Shown here in pieces: positions 48,101 through 57,408 of a stretch of 64,000 nucleotides of DNA. The notes below the pieces were generated by a model. It worked only from the letters and a program-made list of their open reading frames with translations, was not told the DNA's origin and ran no database searches. Every line of letters begins with the position of its first letter. Positions within the stretch are counted from its first letter, which is position 1. The DNA lies in IMG/VR virus record IMGVR_UViG_3300031673_000014, positions 1 through 64,000 of that record. One strand, 5' to 3'. The position numbers and the translations under genes are program-made. This DNA comes from a virus.

Positions 48101-48650
48101 AGAATCACTTGTTGAATACGACAACCGGATAGAGAAGTATAATGAGGAATTTACTTTCTGGGCTGATATGAAAGAGAAATGGGGTCCTAAAGGGATACCG
48201 GCCAGAATACTTGAGCATACAGGACCTTATGTTGATCAGGAGGCGAACAGGATACTCGCGAAATATTACCCATTGTATAAAGTTCACTCAGAGACTACAA
48301 AAATGTCCAGTGATGGTAAAAAAGAGCTGGAAGTGTTTAATATCTCAGTAGTGAATCAAGAGACTACCAGAACAAAGCCGTTGAACTGTATAAGTGGAGA
48401 AGAGAGAAACTTCATTAATGAGGCTCTACGGTATGCTTTCAGGAAAGTAAACGAACAGAATTCACTTGTCCGGTATAATGTTATGTTTGAGGACGAGCCC
48501 GACTCACATGTTTCTAGTGCTCAATTACATACGTTTTGGGATTTATTAACCGATATATCAGAAGATCGATTATCTTTTTGTATATCTCATTCTCCGGAAG
48601 TGAAACATAGATCAGCGACAACAATAGATATAATAGATTTGGAGGGGTAA
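45162..48650 (+). CDS. Fused SbcD(Mre11)-SbcC(Rad50) nuclease-ATPase
   Basis: HIADLH, GKHE, GHG, GHYH nuclease motifs; GDGGLGKT Walker A, CPKC zinc hook within coiled coils, ISGEE, FEDEP, ISH. Confidence 0.9.
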   Translation: MKTAHIADLHHSPERHKKVMRILDQVIEILPDVDLLTNSGENFNNPYNIGEVYNQLLDKWGEATAIKPVATIDATQGKHEREGMLRGLKSAGIVIIKPGMAYGYGAGQIYPKIDGLEPEMLLFGVPHAHKGKIVMGEMSRDEANAKVNQEMAKLYSFYGALRANNPDIPALAVGHGVVQGKNTRDLHAIKNSSIYSTEAELKQMGCDFYAWGHYHVPTEFELIKGGYLGSFAWDWNELNYKPAITIMDWDTMEVTRHELDINTRKKLVMFPGDKIPDLTGCDVHLINNETEWTESDCRDAGAGQIKITTEVELENKIRSQAVVEAVSYPEKFKAVYPDATDRQLQVCDEMWEADKAEGKIPEEKVITPLYLTVHGSKNFLERIGRETIKIDFRDHDGLVMLIGDGGLGKTTLFDYANPFPLLFAQGNSLLSTFEMEDSFIEQGWDINGEVFIIKKFFKPTLKSPKAEYYAFKENGEKISGLDSGNVGPYSDWCLSMFGSPRRYSSSVFNTQFDDNPATFSGQKINPSIFQANNIELKSLFHELAGTDLKHLELQCKAKADEFKDMAENELMKKSGVEESIPDTAVFMERMSEINHEIADKSIVLGAIDSEILSCKVKIKDIEKIEEGNRDIDTTVFILNGQIGTETANRNTLNHELSGLNNVDIDTVTKVLEKMDSDKVIYDSRLKELPEIKRHNVDIQQTFMKALENWNTDNLGIVEHNNSVSSIKKEIETAMLNKTRAITRKKDKQVRAEQDQKNQNINIENEYGRLKVGIEQSISTLNEQIKTGKEMVENIVACPKCGYQDEDSLKKKSDYEARIKLRETELDGKVKELLELVEPEKVTVKADCSEEDKEIVEYDEIINQVVPEIKPVPDKPIEPVYLNEDLPVFDFDKYSSLKDQISSYSESKITELQTRISECTKRIADLQNQKESKIKTEIDYSPVDQLKAAEEKLKTIEKEIQQLNNEISLKESKISDINKMRESLVEYDNRIEKYNEEFTFWADMKEKWGPKGIPARILEHTGPYVDQEANRILAKYYPLYKVHSETTKMSSDGKKELEVFNISVVNQETTRTKPLNCISGEERNFINEALRYAFRKVNEQNSLVRYNVMFEDEPDSHVSSAQLHTFWDLLTDISEDRLSFCISHSPEVKHRSATTIDIIDLEG

Positions 48651-48652
48651 TT

Positions 48653-48988
48653 GTGGGAAGACCAGCAAAAAAATATGGAGGAGATGCTCGAAAAGAGTAT
48701 CTCGATGTAGCAAAAAAACTTTTCATAAAGAAAGGTTTTGCAAATACTTACATAAGAGAAATAGGCCGGTTGTCAGGGTATAATGAGAGTAATCTTTACA
48801 CTTATTGGAAAACAAAAGAGGATCTTTTTAATGAAATTACAGCTTGTGTTTCTGATATGGATTTGGATTCTGCTTGCCAATTTCCTATAGAGTATGCAAT
48901 TATGGTAGAGAAGATGCTTTCTGAAGAAGGAACTTTGATTACTAAGTTATCAGAATTAAGCCCGGAACTTTTAGTTTCAATGCTATAA
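48653..48988 (+). CDS. TetR-family HTH regulator
   Basis: AKKLFIKKGFANTYIREI..NLYTYWKTKEDLF. Confidence 0.85.
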   Translation: MGRPAKKYGGDARKEYLDVAKKLFIKKGFANTYIREIGRLSGYNESNLYTYWKTKEDLFNEITACVSDMDLDSACQFPIEYAIMVEKMLSEEGTLITKLSELSPELLVSML

Positions 48989-48990
48989 AT

Positions 48991-49638
48991 ATGAGGGGGA
49001 GAAATCCCCCGGTATCAAGAGAGGAAACTTTGAAAAACGTAATTATTTATTTATCTGTTATTTTTTGTTTTATAATATTAGGGATTTTGATCGGTCGTTA
49101 TATAATCCCTAGGGATCCTGTAGTGATTGAAAAAGTGGTCGAAAAAATTGTTTATTTGGAAAAGCCGAAAATAGAAAAAGTGTTCAATTATATAAATCCT
49201 ATCCATGAAGAAGACTATATTAAATTAAGCAGTCCATACGGTCTAAGAGAAATTCCGAAAGGGATCTATACCGGGGGAGCATTAGACCGGGATCATGAGG
49301 CACTTGATTTATATGGTACTTGGCAAGCCCGGATTGTGGCCGTCGCTGATGGTGTTGTTAAAGAAAAATGGTATGTTCCTAATGAATATAAAGGCTATAA
49401 AGGACATCCGATTTATGGCGGATATATTGTAATACTTCATTCAGACGGAAGCGAGACAGGTTACGGACATCTTAGCTGGATAAGCTCAGAGGTCCATGAG
49501 GGAGACTTTGTTTCTCAGGGTCAAGTAATTGCCCGGCAGGGTGACACGGGACTGTCAGACGGCGGACATCTTGATTTTTCCGTTAAGATAAATGGAGAAT
49601 ATGTAAATCCGTTAAAATATGTTGACATAGAAGAATAG
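48991..49638 (+). CDS. Membrane-anchored M23 peptidase
   Basis: TM anchor, HEALD, YGHL, GHLDF, VNPL. Confidence 0.85.
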   Translation: MRGRNPPVSREETLKNVIIYLSVIFCFIILGILIGRYIIPRDPVVIEKVVEKIVYLEKPKIEKVFNYINPIHEEDYIKLSSPYGLREIPKGIYTGGALDRDHEALDLYGTWQARIVAVADGVVKEKWYVPNEYKGYKGHPIYGGYIVILHSDGSETGYGHLSWISSEVHEGDFVSQGQVIARQGDTGLSDGGHLDFSVKINGEYVNPLKYVDIEE

Positions 49639-49685
49639 TATTGACATCTATCTAATCGCATGTATAATTAAGTGCAGGGGGAAAT

Positions 49686-49985
49686 GTGAAAAAATCTAAA
49701 GTATATTTTGAAGAATTAAAAGAAGCTCTCGAATCTAAAAATGAAGAATCTATTAATAAAAAAATAGTTTCTGTTTTCAATGATATTTTCATAAAGGAAA
49801 TACCTGAGATAATTGAAATGAGAAGGGCTGAGTCTGATTCTGCAATGAAGGCTATTTTTAGGGAACAAAACCAGAAGTGGAATTCTATCTGTAATAAGTG
49901 TGAATCTATTGGATGTAATGTCTTAAAAAGAGATGCAATAAAAAATATTGTTGAAAAAGATGTTCTCCATGGTGAAGCATTGTGA
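49686..49985 (+). CDS. Hypothetical protein
   Basis: Own promoter TTGACA-N16-TATAAT and RBS. Confidence 0.55.
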   Translation: MKKSKVYFEELKEALESKNEESINKKIVSVFNDIFIKEIPEIIEMRRAESDSAMKAIFREQNQKWNSICNKCESIGCNVLKRDAIKNIVEKDVLHGEAL

Positions 49986-50509
49986 GAATTAAAGTCAATC
50001 AAGTTATGCCTAAAGACGGATTTAAACAGCCATGGTTAAAAGCTATCATTCTCGATGGTGAGATAAAAGAACAATCAGTCTACGAATTAATATTGATTGA
50101 CGAACAAACTGATCAGCAAAGAAAATTGTTTAATCCTTTATGCCGGTTGTATTTCGATTCTCTATGTTATCAGAGGGTTGCTGTCGATTGGCTTGATCTC
50201 CGGGACCAGATAAAACTTAAGCTTGGAGCCGGGTATGAAACTATTCGGTTTACAACTTCTGATTATGCTATCCATGAGATACCGTACAAAGAGAAAAACG
50301 ACATTCCTAAAGATGTTATAGAAGATTACCGGAAAGGCAATGAGGCCAGAGTACAGCTCATTTTAAAGTCTATGAGGGACTACTCAAAGAAAGAAATGAC
50401 CGATATAACTGATTCGCTTATTCGCGAGATGATTACTGCAGGAGTCGGTCAATCCAGCAAGGCAAAAAGATTTAATGAGATCCTGGAAAAGATAAAATTT
50501 CAGGAATAG
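49982..50509 (+). CDS. NinB/Orf-like recombination protein
   Basis: TDQQRKLF..KSMRDYSKKEMTDITD pattern; near NinG. Confidence 0.45.
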   Translation: MRIKVNQVMPKDGFKQPWLKAIILDGEIKEQSVYELILIDEQTDQQRKLFNPLCRLYFDSLCYQRVAVDWLDLRDQIKLKLGAGYETIRFTTSDYAIHEIPYKEKNDIPKDVIEDYRKGNEARVQLILKSMRDYSKKEMTDITDSLIREMITAGVGQSSKAKRFNEILEKIKFQE

Positions 50510-50517
50510 GGGGAATT

Positions 50518-50868
50518 GTGAAAAGATGCGAAATACTTGCACGTGTTATTTGTGATATTCAAAAAAGTTTTATATCTTCTTCTTTTTATGATGATGGTGA
50601 TAGAACCCATAGCAATGTCTCTCAGATAGGATTTATTAAAGAATATAGTGGATCTTATGGATCAATCGGAGCTCTTTGTGGATTATCTGTTACTGAAGAA
50701 GACGCTAAAGAAGAGGGGCTAGATTTAAAATATTCGGGGGAGTATTCAGGAAGGGTAGAGATCTTTACATACAATAATGTTAGGGTTAAAGCGATGCTTC
50801 TTAGCCAAAGCGGCCCTTACAGCTACGCCGGACCGATGATATTGTTTTATAAAATTAAGGGGGAATAA
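50518..50868 (+). CDS. Hypothetical protein
   Basis: ORF with RBS within operon. Confidence 0.5.
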   Translation: MKRCEILARVICDIQKSFISSSFYDDGDRTHSNVSQIGFIKEYSGSYGSIGALCGLSVTEEDAKEEGLDLKYSGEYSGRVEIFTYNNVRVKAMLLSQSGPYSYAGPMILFYKIKGE

Positions 50869-51432
50869 ATGAAGGTAGAAGTTTTTAGAGAAGTAGAAGA
50901 GATCGATTCTAATGAGTCCGGATATGTTCAGTTTTCGAGAGAAAGATATAATTCTGAATATTTCGGGGGAATGCCGGAAGCTGTTGATTTTTCAAGAGAG
51001 CAATACAAAGTCAGGACGGTTGCTCAGGTTAGAGCTTTACCGACAACAATCAATAGAGAACACGTCCTTAGAGAAAAAACAAAACTCCTGCAGGATGGTT
51101 TTAAGGAAAGAGACCGAACCGGATATGAAGATCCCAGGCTTATACTTTTTGACAAAAGAAAGGATTTTGTTATTGCTGATAAAATGATCGATTCTTATAT
51201 CGGAAGCATGTCAGAAGAAGATCCAGAAATTCTCGACAAAAGAGGAATGAATCTTCTTTTAATTGATCTTGTCTGTGAGGTAAATAAGCAAAAGACAGAT
51301 CTTGAATCTAAAAAAGAGCTTATCGGGAATTATAGAGCAGAATATCTTAGGTTGCAAAACAGCCATAGATATCTGAAATCCAGAAATATTTTTCAGAGAA
51401 TATTTTTATGGAAAAAATCGATAAAGGAATAG
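50869..51432 (+). CDS. Hypothetical coiled-coil protein, partial paralog of 62323-62724
   Basis: C-terminus KSRNIFQRIFLWKK. Confidence 0.55.
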   Translation: MKVEVFREVEEIDSNESGYVQFSRERYNSEYFGGMPEAVDFSREQYKVRTVAQVRALPTTINREHVLREKTKLLQDGFKERDRTGYEDPRLILFDKRKDFVIADKMIDSYIGSMSEEDPEILDKRGMNLLLIDLVCEVNKQKTDLESKKELIGNYRAEYLRLQNSHRYLKSRNIFQRIFLWKKSIKE

Positions 51433-51433
51433 T

Positions 51434-51826
51434 ATGAAACCGAACGAAAAGAAAGCTAAAGAGATATTTTCCAGATATGTAAGGGTCCGGGATTGTGTTA
51501 AGACTTCTGGCACCCCTCATATTGGAAAATGTTTTACTTGTGGGAGAGTATTCACTTATGATGAGCTTCATTGTGGCCATTTTGTAAGCGGTAGAGGGAA
51601 TTCTTTATTCTTTGAAGAACATAATTCTACTATTCAGTGTGGGACTTGTAATACATCTCTGGGAGGCAATCCAGAGGTTTACCGTAAAAAGATGATCAAT
51701 AAGTATGGAATAGAAGAGGTTGAACGACTTGAATCTCTCAGGCATGTTCCTGTAAAAATAAGAGAGTCGGAGTTTAAAGAATTGAGTATTAAATTTGACA
51801 TTAAATTTAAGAATATGTTAGATTAA
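51434..51826 (+). CDS. ninG: NinG/Rap-family recombination endonuclease
   Basis: FSRYVRVRD, CFTCG, HCGHF, N...QC..CN..LGGN..Y. Confidence 0.88.
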   Translation: MKPNEKKAKEIFSRYVRVRDCVKTSGTPHIGKCFTCGRVFTYDELHCGHFVSGRGNSLFFEEHNSTIQCGTCNTSLGGNPEVYRKKMINKYGIEEVERLESLRHVPVKIRESEFKELSIKFDIKFKNMLD

Positions 51827-51845
51827 ATTTAACAGGGGGAAAATT

Positions 51846-52559
51846 ATGGATATAAAGAAATTAGTAGATGATCAGACAACAAAATTTATAGAGTCTGGCG
51901 AATTGGAAAAATTGATCACTGAGAATGTGCAGAAGTCTATAGAAAAGGTAATTACCGAAAAATTTGGAGGATATTCTTTTCAGAGAGATTTAGAAAAAAA
52001 ACTATCTGAAGAAATTGAGCCGTTACTAGGAGAAATCTCTTTTTCCGGATATAGAAATGTGATTATTGACAGGATAAAAGCTATTCTTACCGGCCTTGTA
52101 GATTCTGAATTGGTTGAAAAAGTGGAGGAAGCATATAAAGATATTTTTATCTCTTCTTCAGAGCCATTAAAGATGTCAGATTTTTTCAAAATAGTTCGAG
52201 ATTGCTATCTTGATGAAGACGGACAATCTTACGGGGAATTTTTTAAAATAGAAATTTCTGATGACGAAGGCTCAGATCCCACCTTTAGACATATAGAAAT
52301 TTCATTTTCGGAAGATGAAGGCGACTGTCGATGCACAAACAGCTTTAGAATGATGTCTTATAAACAGGAATTATTCACTATCTACTCTTTAAAAACAGAG
52401 CATTTATCTTATGAGAAAGATTCTAAGACATTATTAAAAGTGAAATATCTTGATAAATTCGAAAGAATTCTTTTGAATGCTTATATAAACGATCAGAAAA
52501 TAATCTTTGATATTGAAGAGGATGATATTGATCGATCAAAATTTGAAGGTGACTATTAA
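51846..52559 (+). CDS. Hypothetical acidic protein
   Basis: 237-aa ORF with RBS. Confidence 0.55.
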   Translation: MDIKKLVDDQTTKFIESGELEKLITENVQKSIEKVITEKFGGYSFQRDLEKKLSEEIEPLLGEISFSGYRNVIIDRIKAILTGLVDSELVEKVEEAYKDIFISSSEPLKMSDFFKIVRDCYLDEDGQSYGEFFKIEISDDEGSDPTFRHIEISFSEDEGDCRCTNSFRMMSYKQELFTIYSLKTEHLSYEKDSKTLLKVKYLDKFERILLNAYINDQKIIFDIEEDDIDRSKFEGDY

Positions 52560-53308
52560 TGGGAGCGGCTTTTAATACTGCAAAAAACAAGTATTTTGAT
52601 AAAACAAAGAATCATACAATCTTTACACCGCCAACGGTCTGTAATTGGTTATATGAAATATTGCAACCGGAACTGGAAGATGTTAAGACTGTATTTGACC
52701 CGGCCTGTGGCTCAGGTAATCTACTGATGCCGTTTAAACAAAATCCTGATATTGTAACAATGGGATGTGATATCGAAGATTTTGGAGCAGATATAGATCA
52801 TTTGTTCAAAGACGATTTCCTGACATGGAAAGGGGAATTCCCGGAAATTGACTTATGTATGATTAATCCGCCGTTTAATCATACCCCGGAGTCCCGGAAG
52901 AAATGGGGAAAAACGAATCTTCTCCCGGAGCTATTTATTCAAAAATGCTTTGATTTATTCGGGAAAGATGTAAAAGCGGTTTTGTTTACTCCAATGGGGT
53001 TTAGGTTGAATACTAGATGTTATACTGAGAAGCAGGGCAGCCGATACCGGAATATAAGAGATAATATGGGGAAAATTACTTCTATAGTCTCTATTCCTCT
53101 TGATATGTTTCCAAATCCTGATTTTGATGAAAGACTTCCAGAGCAGAGGAAAAATCCAAGGTTAAAAATTCCGAACTCCAATATCAAGCGAAAAGAGATT
53201 CAACAGGAAATAATTTTCTTTAATATGCCGAAGCTGGATCCTCATTATTGTCTTCCGGATTCAGTCATTGAAGACCTGAGAGAGATGGACCGGGAGACCT
53301 GGGGATGA
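52559..53308 (+). CDS. N6-adenine DNA methyltransferase (gamma motif order)
   Basis: FTP, FDPACGSG, NPPF. Confidence 0.85.
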   Translation: MGAAFNTAKNKYFDKTKNHTIFTPPTVCNWLYEILQPELEDVKTVFDPACGSGNLLMPFKQNPDIVTMGCDIEDFGADIDHLFKDDFLTWKGEFPEIDLCMINPPFNHTPESRKKWGKTNLLPELFIQKCFDLFGKDVKAVLFTPMGFRLNTRCYTEKQGSRYRNIRDNMGKITSIVSIPLDMFPNPDFDERLPEQRKNPRLKIPNSNIKRKEIQQEIIFFNMPKLDPHYCLPDSVIEDLREMDRETWG

Positions 53309-53920
53309 ATATCTTTTGTGAGGAGTTAATATCTCTTGAAATTAAGAAAAAACTCGATGATAAAGAAGCTATAACCGAATACTGGGAAAATATTGCTATA
53401 GAAGCATTTGAGGCAGGAGAAGAAAATGACAATTGAAATGTTTATGAAAATACCAGTAGATCAGCTATCGAATTTCAAGACAAATTTAATCTATGCTTAT
53501 TTGAATCAATTCTCTGATCCTATTGGACAAGTTGTGAAGGTCAAGGATGAGGCAGGAGAGGGTATTTATAGATGTGATGTATTTGTCTATCAGAATCATG
53601 AAAAAGAAGTCCTGGAAGCCATGGCGAAGGAAGTAGGGCGATTATCTAATGGTAATTGAGTTACAAGTTAAGATTTCTCCCTATACGAGATATTTACATA
53701 TTACACCGGTTTACGTTGAAGGTAGGGAAGTAGGGTTTATAGATGAAATAATTTCTCATTTAGACGGGGATGTATTTCTGTGCTCTATTGTTTTGAATAA
53801 AGAGTCAGAGAAAATGATAAAGGATAGGCGTTAATTTTTTTTGCTCAAATAATATTATATAGTTGTAATAAGAATAATATGAGTATAATATAGATAAATT
53901 AAGAGATAAGGAGTTGTTAT

Positions 53921-54067
53921 ATGTGGTTGACTGTAAAAGAATATGCTGAAAAGCATGGTATAACCGATCAGGCAGTAAGAAAGCGAATGAAAGCAGGGCA
54001 TATCCCTGAAATTAGAATCAGAAAAAACGACGGGGGAAAGATTGAGATAAAAGAGAGGGAATCATGA
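53921..54067 (+). CDS. Small excisionase/Cro-like HTH protein (48 aa, not in track)
   Basis: AAGGAG RBS; MWLTVKEYAEKHGITDQAVRKRMKAG. Confidence 0.75.
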   Translation: MWLTVKEYAEKHGITDQAVRKRMKAGHIPEIRIRKNDGGKIEIKERES

Positions 54068-54771
54068 CTATAAAAGAAATTTCAGATTTTACCGGGAAAG
54101 AGATAAGAACTATAAGAAGATGGATTGCCAAAGCAGGTGACAAAGTGTCACAGGTGCCCCATGACAAAATGTCACAGGGTATTCCTTTCGATTATTCAAT
54201 AGATGATGTTGAATGCATATTGCAGTCAGGATCAATGTCTAAAGATGCCGTAACTATTGTTATGAGTAATGCAAGAAACAATAATAAAACATCGGACACT
54301 TTGGCAGACAATACGTCCGGCGGTGATATTGTTGTGTATAATGCACATAATCAAACAGAATTGTTTTTAAGATTTTTTGATAAAATACAAAAAGATAATT
54401 TAAATGCAATTGATAGAATGCAAAAAGACAATCAAATATTCATGCAAAATATTATTGCTGAGATCAGGTTGCAAAATGCAACCCAATCAAAACCTAATAA
54501 TCAGTTACAAATAGAAGATATACCAGAAAAGCCATTAAGAGAGGCATATAAAGAGAAAATGAGAGAATATGCCTTCAAGTCTGGTAAAGATTTTGGAACA
54601 GCGTATCGATATGTTTATGATGAAATCGGTTCTATATATGGGATTAGGGTAATGGCAAGAGCTAAAAATAGAAAATGCACCGGAGTTGATATACTTGAAT
54701 CTGACGGATATCTGAATAAAGGAATCTCTGTAATCATAAAGCTGATCAAAACATTAGAAGAGGGAGTTTAA
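54064..54771 (+). CDS. HTH antirepressor-like protein
   Basis: MTIKEISDFTGKEIRTIRRWI; C-terminal ARAKNR..GVDILE (ORF6C-like). Confidence 0.6.
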   Translation: MTIKEISDFTGKEIRTIRRWIAKAGDKVSQVPHDKMSQGIPFDYSIDDVECILQSGSMSKDAVTIVMSNARNNNKTSDTLADNTSGGDIVVYNAHNQTELFLRFFDKIQKDNLNAIDRMQKDNQIFMQNIIAEIRLQNATQSKPNNQLQIEDIPEKPLREAYKEKMREYAFKSGKDFGTAYRYVYDEIGSIYGIRVMARAKNRKCTGVDILESDGYLNKGISVIIKLIKTLEEGV

Positions 54772-55478
54772 TGGCCGAGCGTAGAATGTTTGCAAAGACA
54801 ATAATAGATTCTGATATATTTCTTGATATGCCTCAGACAACACAAAATCTATATTTCCATTTGAATATGAGAGCTGATGATGAGGGGTTTGTCAACTCTC
54901 CTAAAAAGATTATGAGAATGGTCGGGTCTAATCAAAACGATTTAGAAATATTATTGGCGAAACGTTATTTAATAGCGTTTGAATCCGGTGTAATCGTAAT
55001 TAAACACTTTAAATTACATAATACAATCAGAAAAGACAGGATGAAGGAAACTCTTTATCTTGAGGAAAAATCAAAATTAAGAGAGAAAGTAAATGGGTCG
55101 TATACAGAGGTTCAACCAGATGACAACCAAATGTCAACCAAGTGTACTCCTAGTGTATTAGATTGTAGTATAGTTAAGTCTAGTATAGATGAGATTAATA
55201 CGGCAGAGCCGAAATCTAAAAAACCTACAAAAGAGATAAAAAATAAACATGGTGAATATGGAAGAGTTTTTTTAACTGAAAAACAATTTGATAAGTTAGT
55301 AGTAGATTATGGAGAGTCTAAAGCAAAAGGCATGATTGAAAACATTGATACATATTTTCAAGAACACCAGAGTAAAATTAAAAACTTTTCAGATCACAAC
55401 TTGACAATGCGGAAATGGGCCGGTGCTCCTGCAGAAAAACAGAAAGACGGTGAAAAAGAGGATCTCATATGGAATTAA
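54771..55478 (+). CDS. Phage replication initiator (replisome organizer type)
   Basis: MAERRMFAKTIIDSDIFLDMP..Q.LYFHL.MRADDEGFV; C-terminal YG.VFLT..F.KL..DYG. Confidence 0.85.
   Translation: MAERRMFAKTIIDSDIFLDMPQTTQNLYFHLNMRADDEGFVNSPKKIMRMVGSNQNDLEILLAKRYLIAFESGVIVIKHFKLHNTIRKDRMKETLYLEEKSKLREKVNGSYTEVQPDDNQMSTKCTPSVLDCSIVKSSIDEINTAEPKSKKPTKEIKNKHGEYGRVFLTEKQFDKLVVDYGESKAKGMIENIDTYFQEHQSKIKNFSDHNLTMRKWAGAPAEKQKDGEKEDLIWN
55112..55188 (+). repeat. Iteron-like repeats / probable origin inside the initiator gene
   Basis: Three 11-bp units WCAACCARRTG followed by TAGTRTA repeats at 15-bp period. Confidence 0.6.
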
Positions 55479-56161
55479 AAACAATAACGCTATTAAACGG
55501 AAAAGAGATCCAACTGAATCAGGCTTTCAATATGGATTGCCTTCAGTTTATGAAAATGCTTCCTGACAAATGTATTGATTTAGTTTTGACTGATCCTCCT
55601 TATGGGATTGGTGCTGATAAGGGTGTTGGAGGTGGTTCAAAGCGTGGAGATGTTAAAAAGTTTTCAGGAGATTGGGATTCAAAAATACCAGAAAAAGAAC
55701 TATTTGAACAGATATTCCGGATATCAAAAAATCAAATAATTTGGGGTGGTAACTATTTTACGGAATATTTAAAACCAACATCATCATGGATAATATGGGA
55801 TAAGAGAGAAGGACTTCCGGAAAGAACATTTGCAGATTGTGAGATGGCTTGGAATAGCATCAAAAGCCCTGCAAGAATATTTCGCCACAAGTGGGACGGT
55901 ATGATTCAAGAGAACATGAAAGACAAAGATATTAGAATACATCCAACTCAAAAACCTGTAAAACTTTTTAAATGGTGTATAGAAAAATATGTAACAAATG
56001 AGAAAATAATATTTGATCCATTTTTAGGATCTTTTTCTTCTTCTATTGCATGTAATTCTTACGGGTTAAATTGGTTAGGTTGTGAATTATCGGAGGAGTT
56101 TTATACGTCAGGCTATCACCGATACGAACAAGAAACAAAGCAGATGTTAATGGAGTTTTAA
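55469..56161 (+). CDS. N4/N6 DNA methyltransferase (beta motif order)
   Basis: TDPPY, HPTQKP, DPFLGS. Confidence 0.92.
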   Translation: MELKTITLLNGKEIQLNQAFNMDCLQFMKMLPDKCIDLVLTDPPYGIGADKGVGGGSKRGDVKKFSGDWDSKIPEKELFEQIFRISKNQIIWGGNYFTEYLKPTSSWIIWDKREGLPERTFADCEMAWNSIKSPARIFRHKWDGMIQENMKDKDIRIHPTQKPVKLFKWCIEKYVTNEKIIFDPFLGSFSSSIACNSYGLNWLGCELSEEFYTSGYHRYEQETKQMLMEF

Positions 56162-56164
56162 AAT

Positions 56165-56626
56165 ATGGAACTGAGAGAGCTAGAGGACAAGATTGTTAAA
56201 TATTATGACATTCATAAAAGCAAATATGTCCAGAGTGTTGTTATGGCTTATGTAAAATCTCATTATGACAAAAAAAATTACGATTCCCTCCTTCAGTCAA
56301 TAATAAGATCACATCCGTTTAATTTTGGTTTTCCTGATGTATGTGCCATAGAAGACGCTCAGGATAAACTTTATATCAGAGATAAAAAGTCACTAAGAAA
56401 GAGCCAGACTTCTTCGGATTGGAAAATTCCAATAAAACCATTGACAGAAGAAGAGAGAAAAGAAGCCGAACCAATGTGGAAAGATTGGAAGAAATTTGTC
56501 GGTAAAATATCCTATAAGGCAAAAGATAAATTATCCTGTTCAACTTGTACTTACTTAAAACCAACGAAAACAGGGATATGTGAAAAGTGTATAGATTTTT
56601 CAAAACATGAAACGGGGGAAAAATGA
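56165..56626 (+). CDS. Hypothetical protein with C-terminal Cys cluster
   Basis: CSTC..CEKC; lies in the replication operon. Confidence 0.5.
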   Translation: MELRELEDKIVKYYDIHKSKYVQSVVMAYVKSHYDKKNYDSLLQSIIRSHPFNFGFPDVCAIEDAQDKLYIRDKKSLRKSQTSSDWKIPIKPLTEEERKEAEPMWKDWKKFVGKISYKAKDKLSCSTCTYLKPTKTGICEKCIDFSKHETGEK

Positions 56627-56964
56627 CAGATAGCAAATTTAGAATATTTTGGACACTTCCTGAAAGTGATAGTAGTGGTTTTGATTACTTCAAAGCCGGT
56701 GAGATTTATTTTCAATCAGATCCTAATCAAGAATTTGACGAGTTAGAGCAATTTGTAGGAGTTAGTGATAAAAATGGGAAAGATTATTTCATCGGAGATA
56801 AAGGTCGCTTTGATAACGGAGATACTTTCGTCTTAAAAATGGAAGATAACTGTTTACAAGTATATGTTGATTGGATAGGCGATCCAGAATGTGAAGATCA
56901 GGCAAGAGATTTATACAGAATCTCAAAAGCTGAAATAGTAGGTAATATACACGAGGGGGAATAA
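56623..56964 (+). CDS. YopX-family protein
   Basis: KFRIF..QFVGVSDKNGK.YFIGD..EIVGNIHE. Confidence 0.85.
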   Translation: MTDSKFRIFWTLPESDSSGFDYFKAGEIYFQSDPNQEFDELEQFVGVSDKNGKDYFIGDKGRFDNGDTFVLKMEDNCLQVYVDWIGDPECEDQARDLYRISKAEIVGNIHEGE

Positions 56965-57206
56965 TGAAAGAGAGGCCGATAATTTTTAATACTTCACTTG
57001 AAATAACTGATGTCAGAGTTGAAATGGTTCAGGAGATAGACAACGATTCTGCAATAAAAGAGGGAATTATTGTTGAATCAGGGCTTGAAAATGGGATAAA
57101 TAACCTTGCAAAGGCTAGATTTGCTGATTTATGGGATTCTATCTACAAAAACTGGGATAAGAGCCCATGGGTATGGGTAATTGAGTTTAAAAGGATCGAA
57201 AGATGA
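56964..57206 (+). pseudogene. Internally deleted member of the MKERPI..NPWVWVIEF phage family
   Basis: N-terminal MKERPIIFN joined directly to C-terminal LEITDVRVE..WDSI..PWVWVIEF. Confidence 0.5.
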
Positions 57207-57408
57207 AAATCTCATATACCGATGGAATGTTTGAAGTAGACTCTCCGAATATCTGCTATGGAAGATTTGAAAATATGTATCATTCTGGTGATGGTGTTGG
57301 TCTACAGGTTAATAATGAGTCCCGGAGAGAAGAAATTGAAAAGAAATGTGATGAAATATACAAATTGGTTGTCGAGCTGGATAATCTAACAAAAGAGGAG
57401 GTTTTTTA

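Noticed and set aside
52559-56161. Restriction-modification system
   Set aside because: No cognate endonuclease adjacent to either gene; they look like ordinary orphan phage methyltransferases
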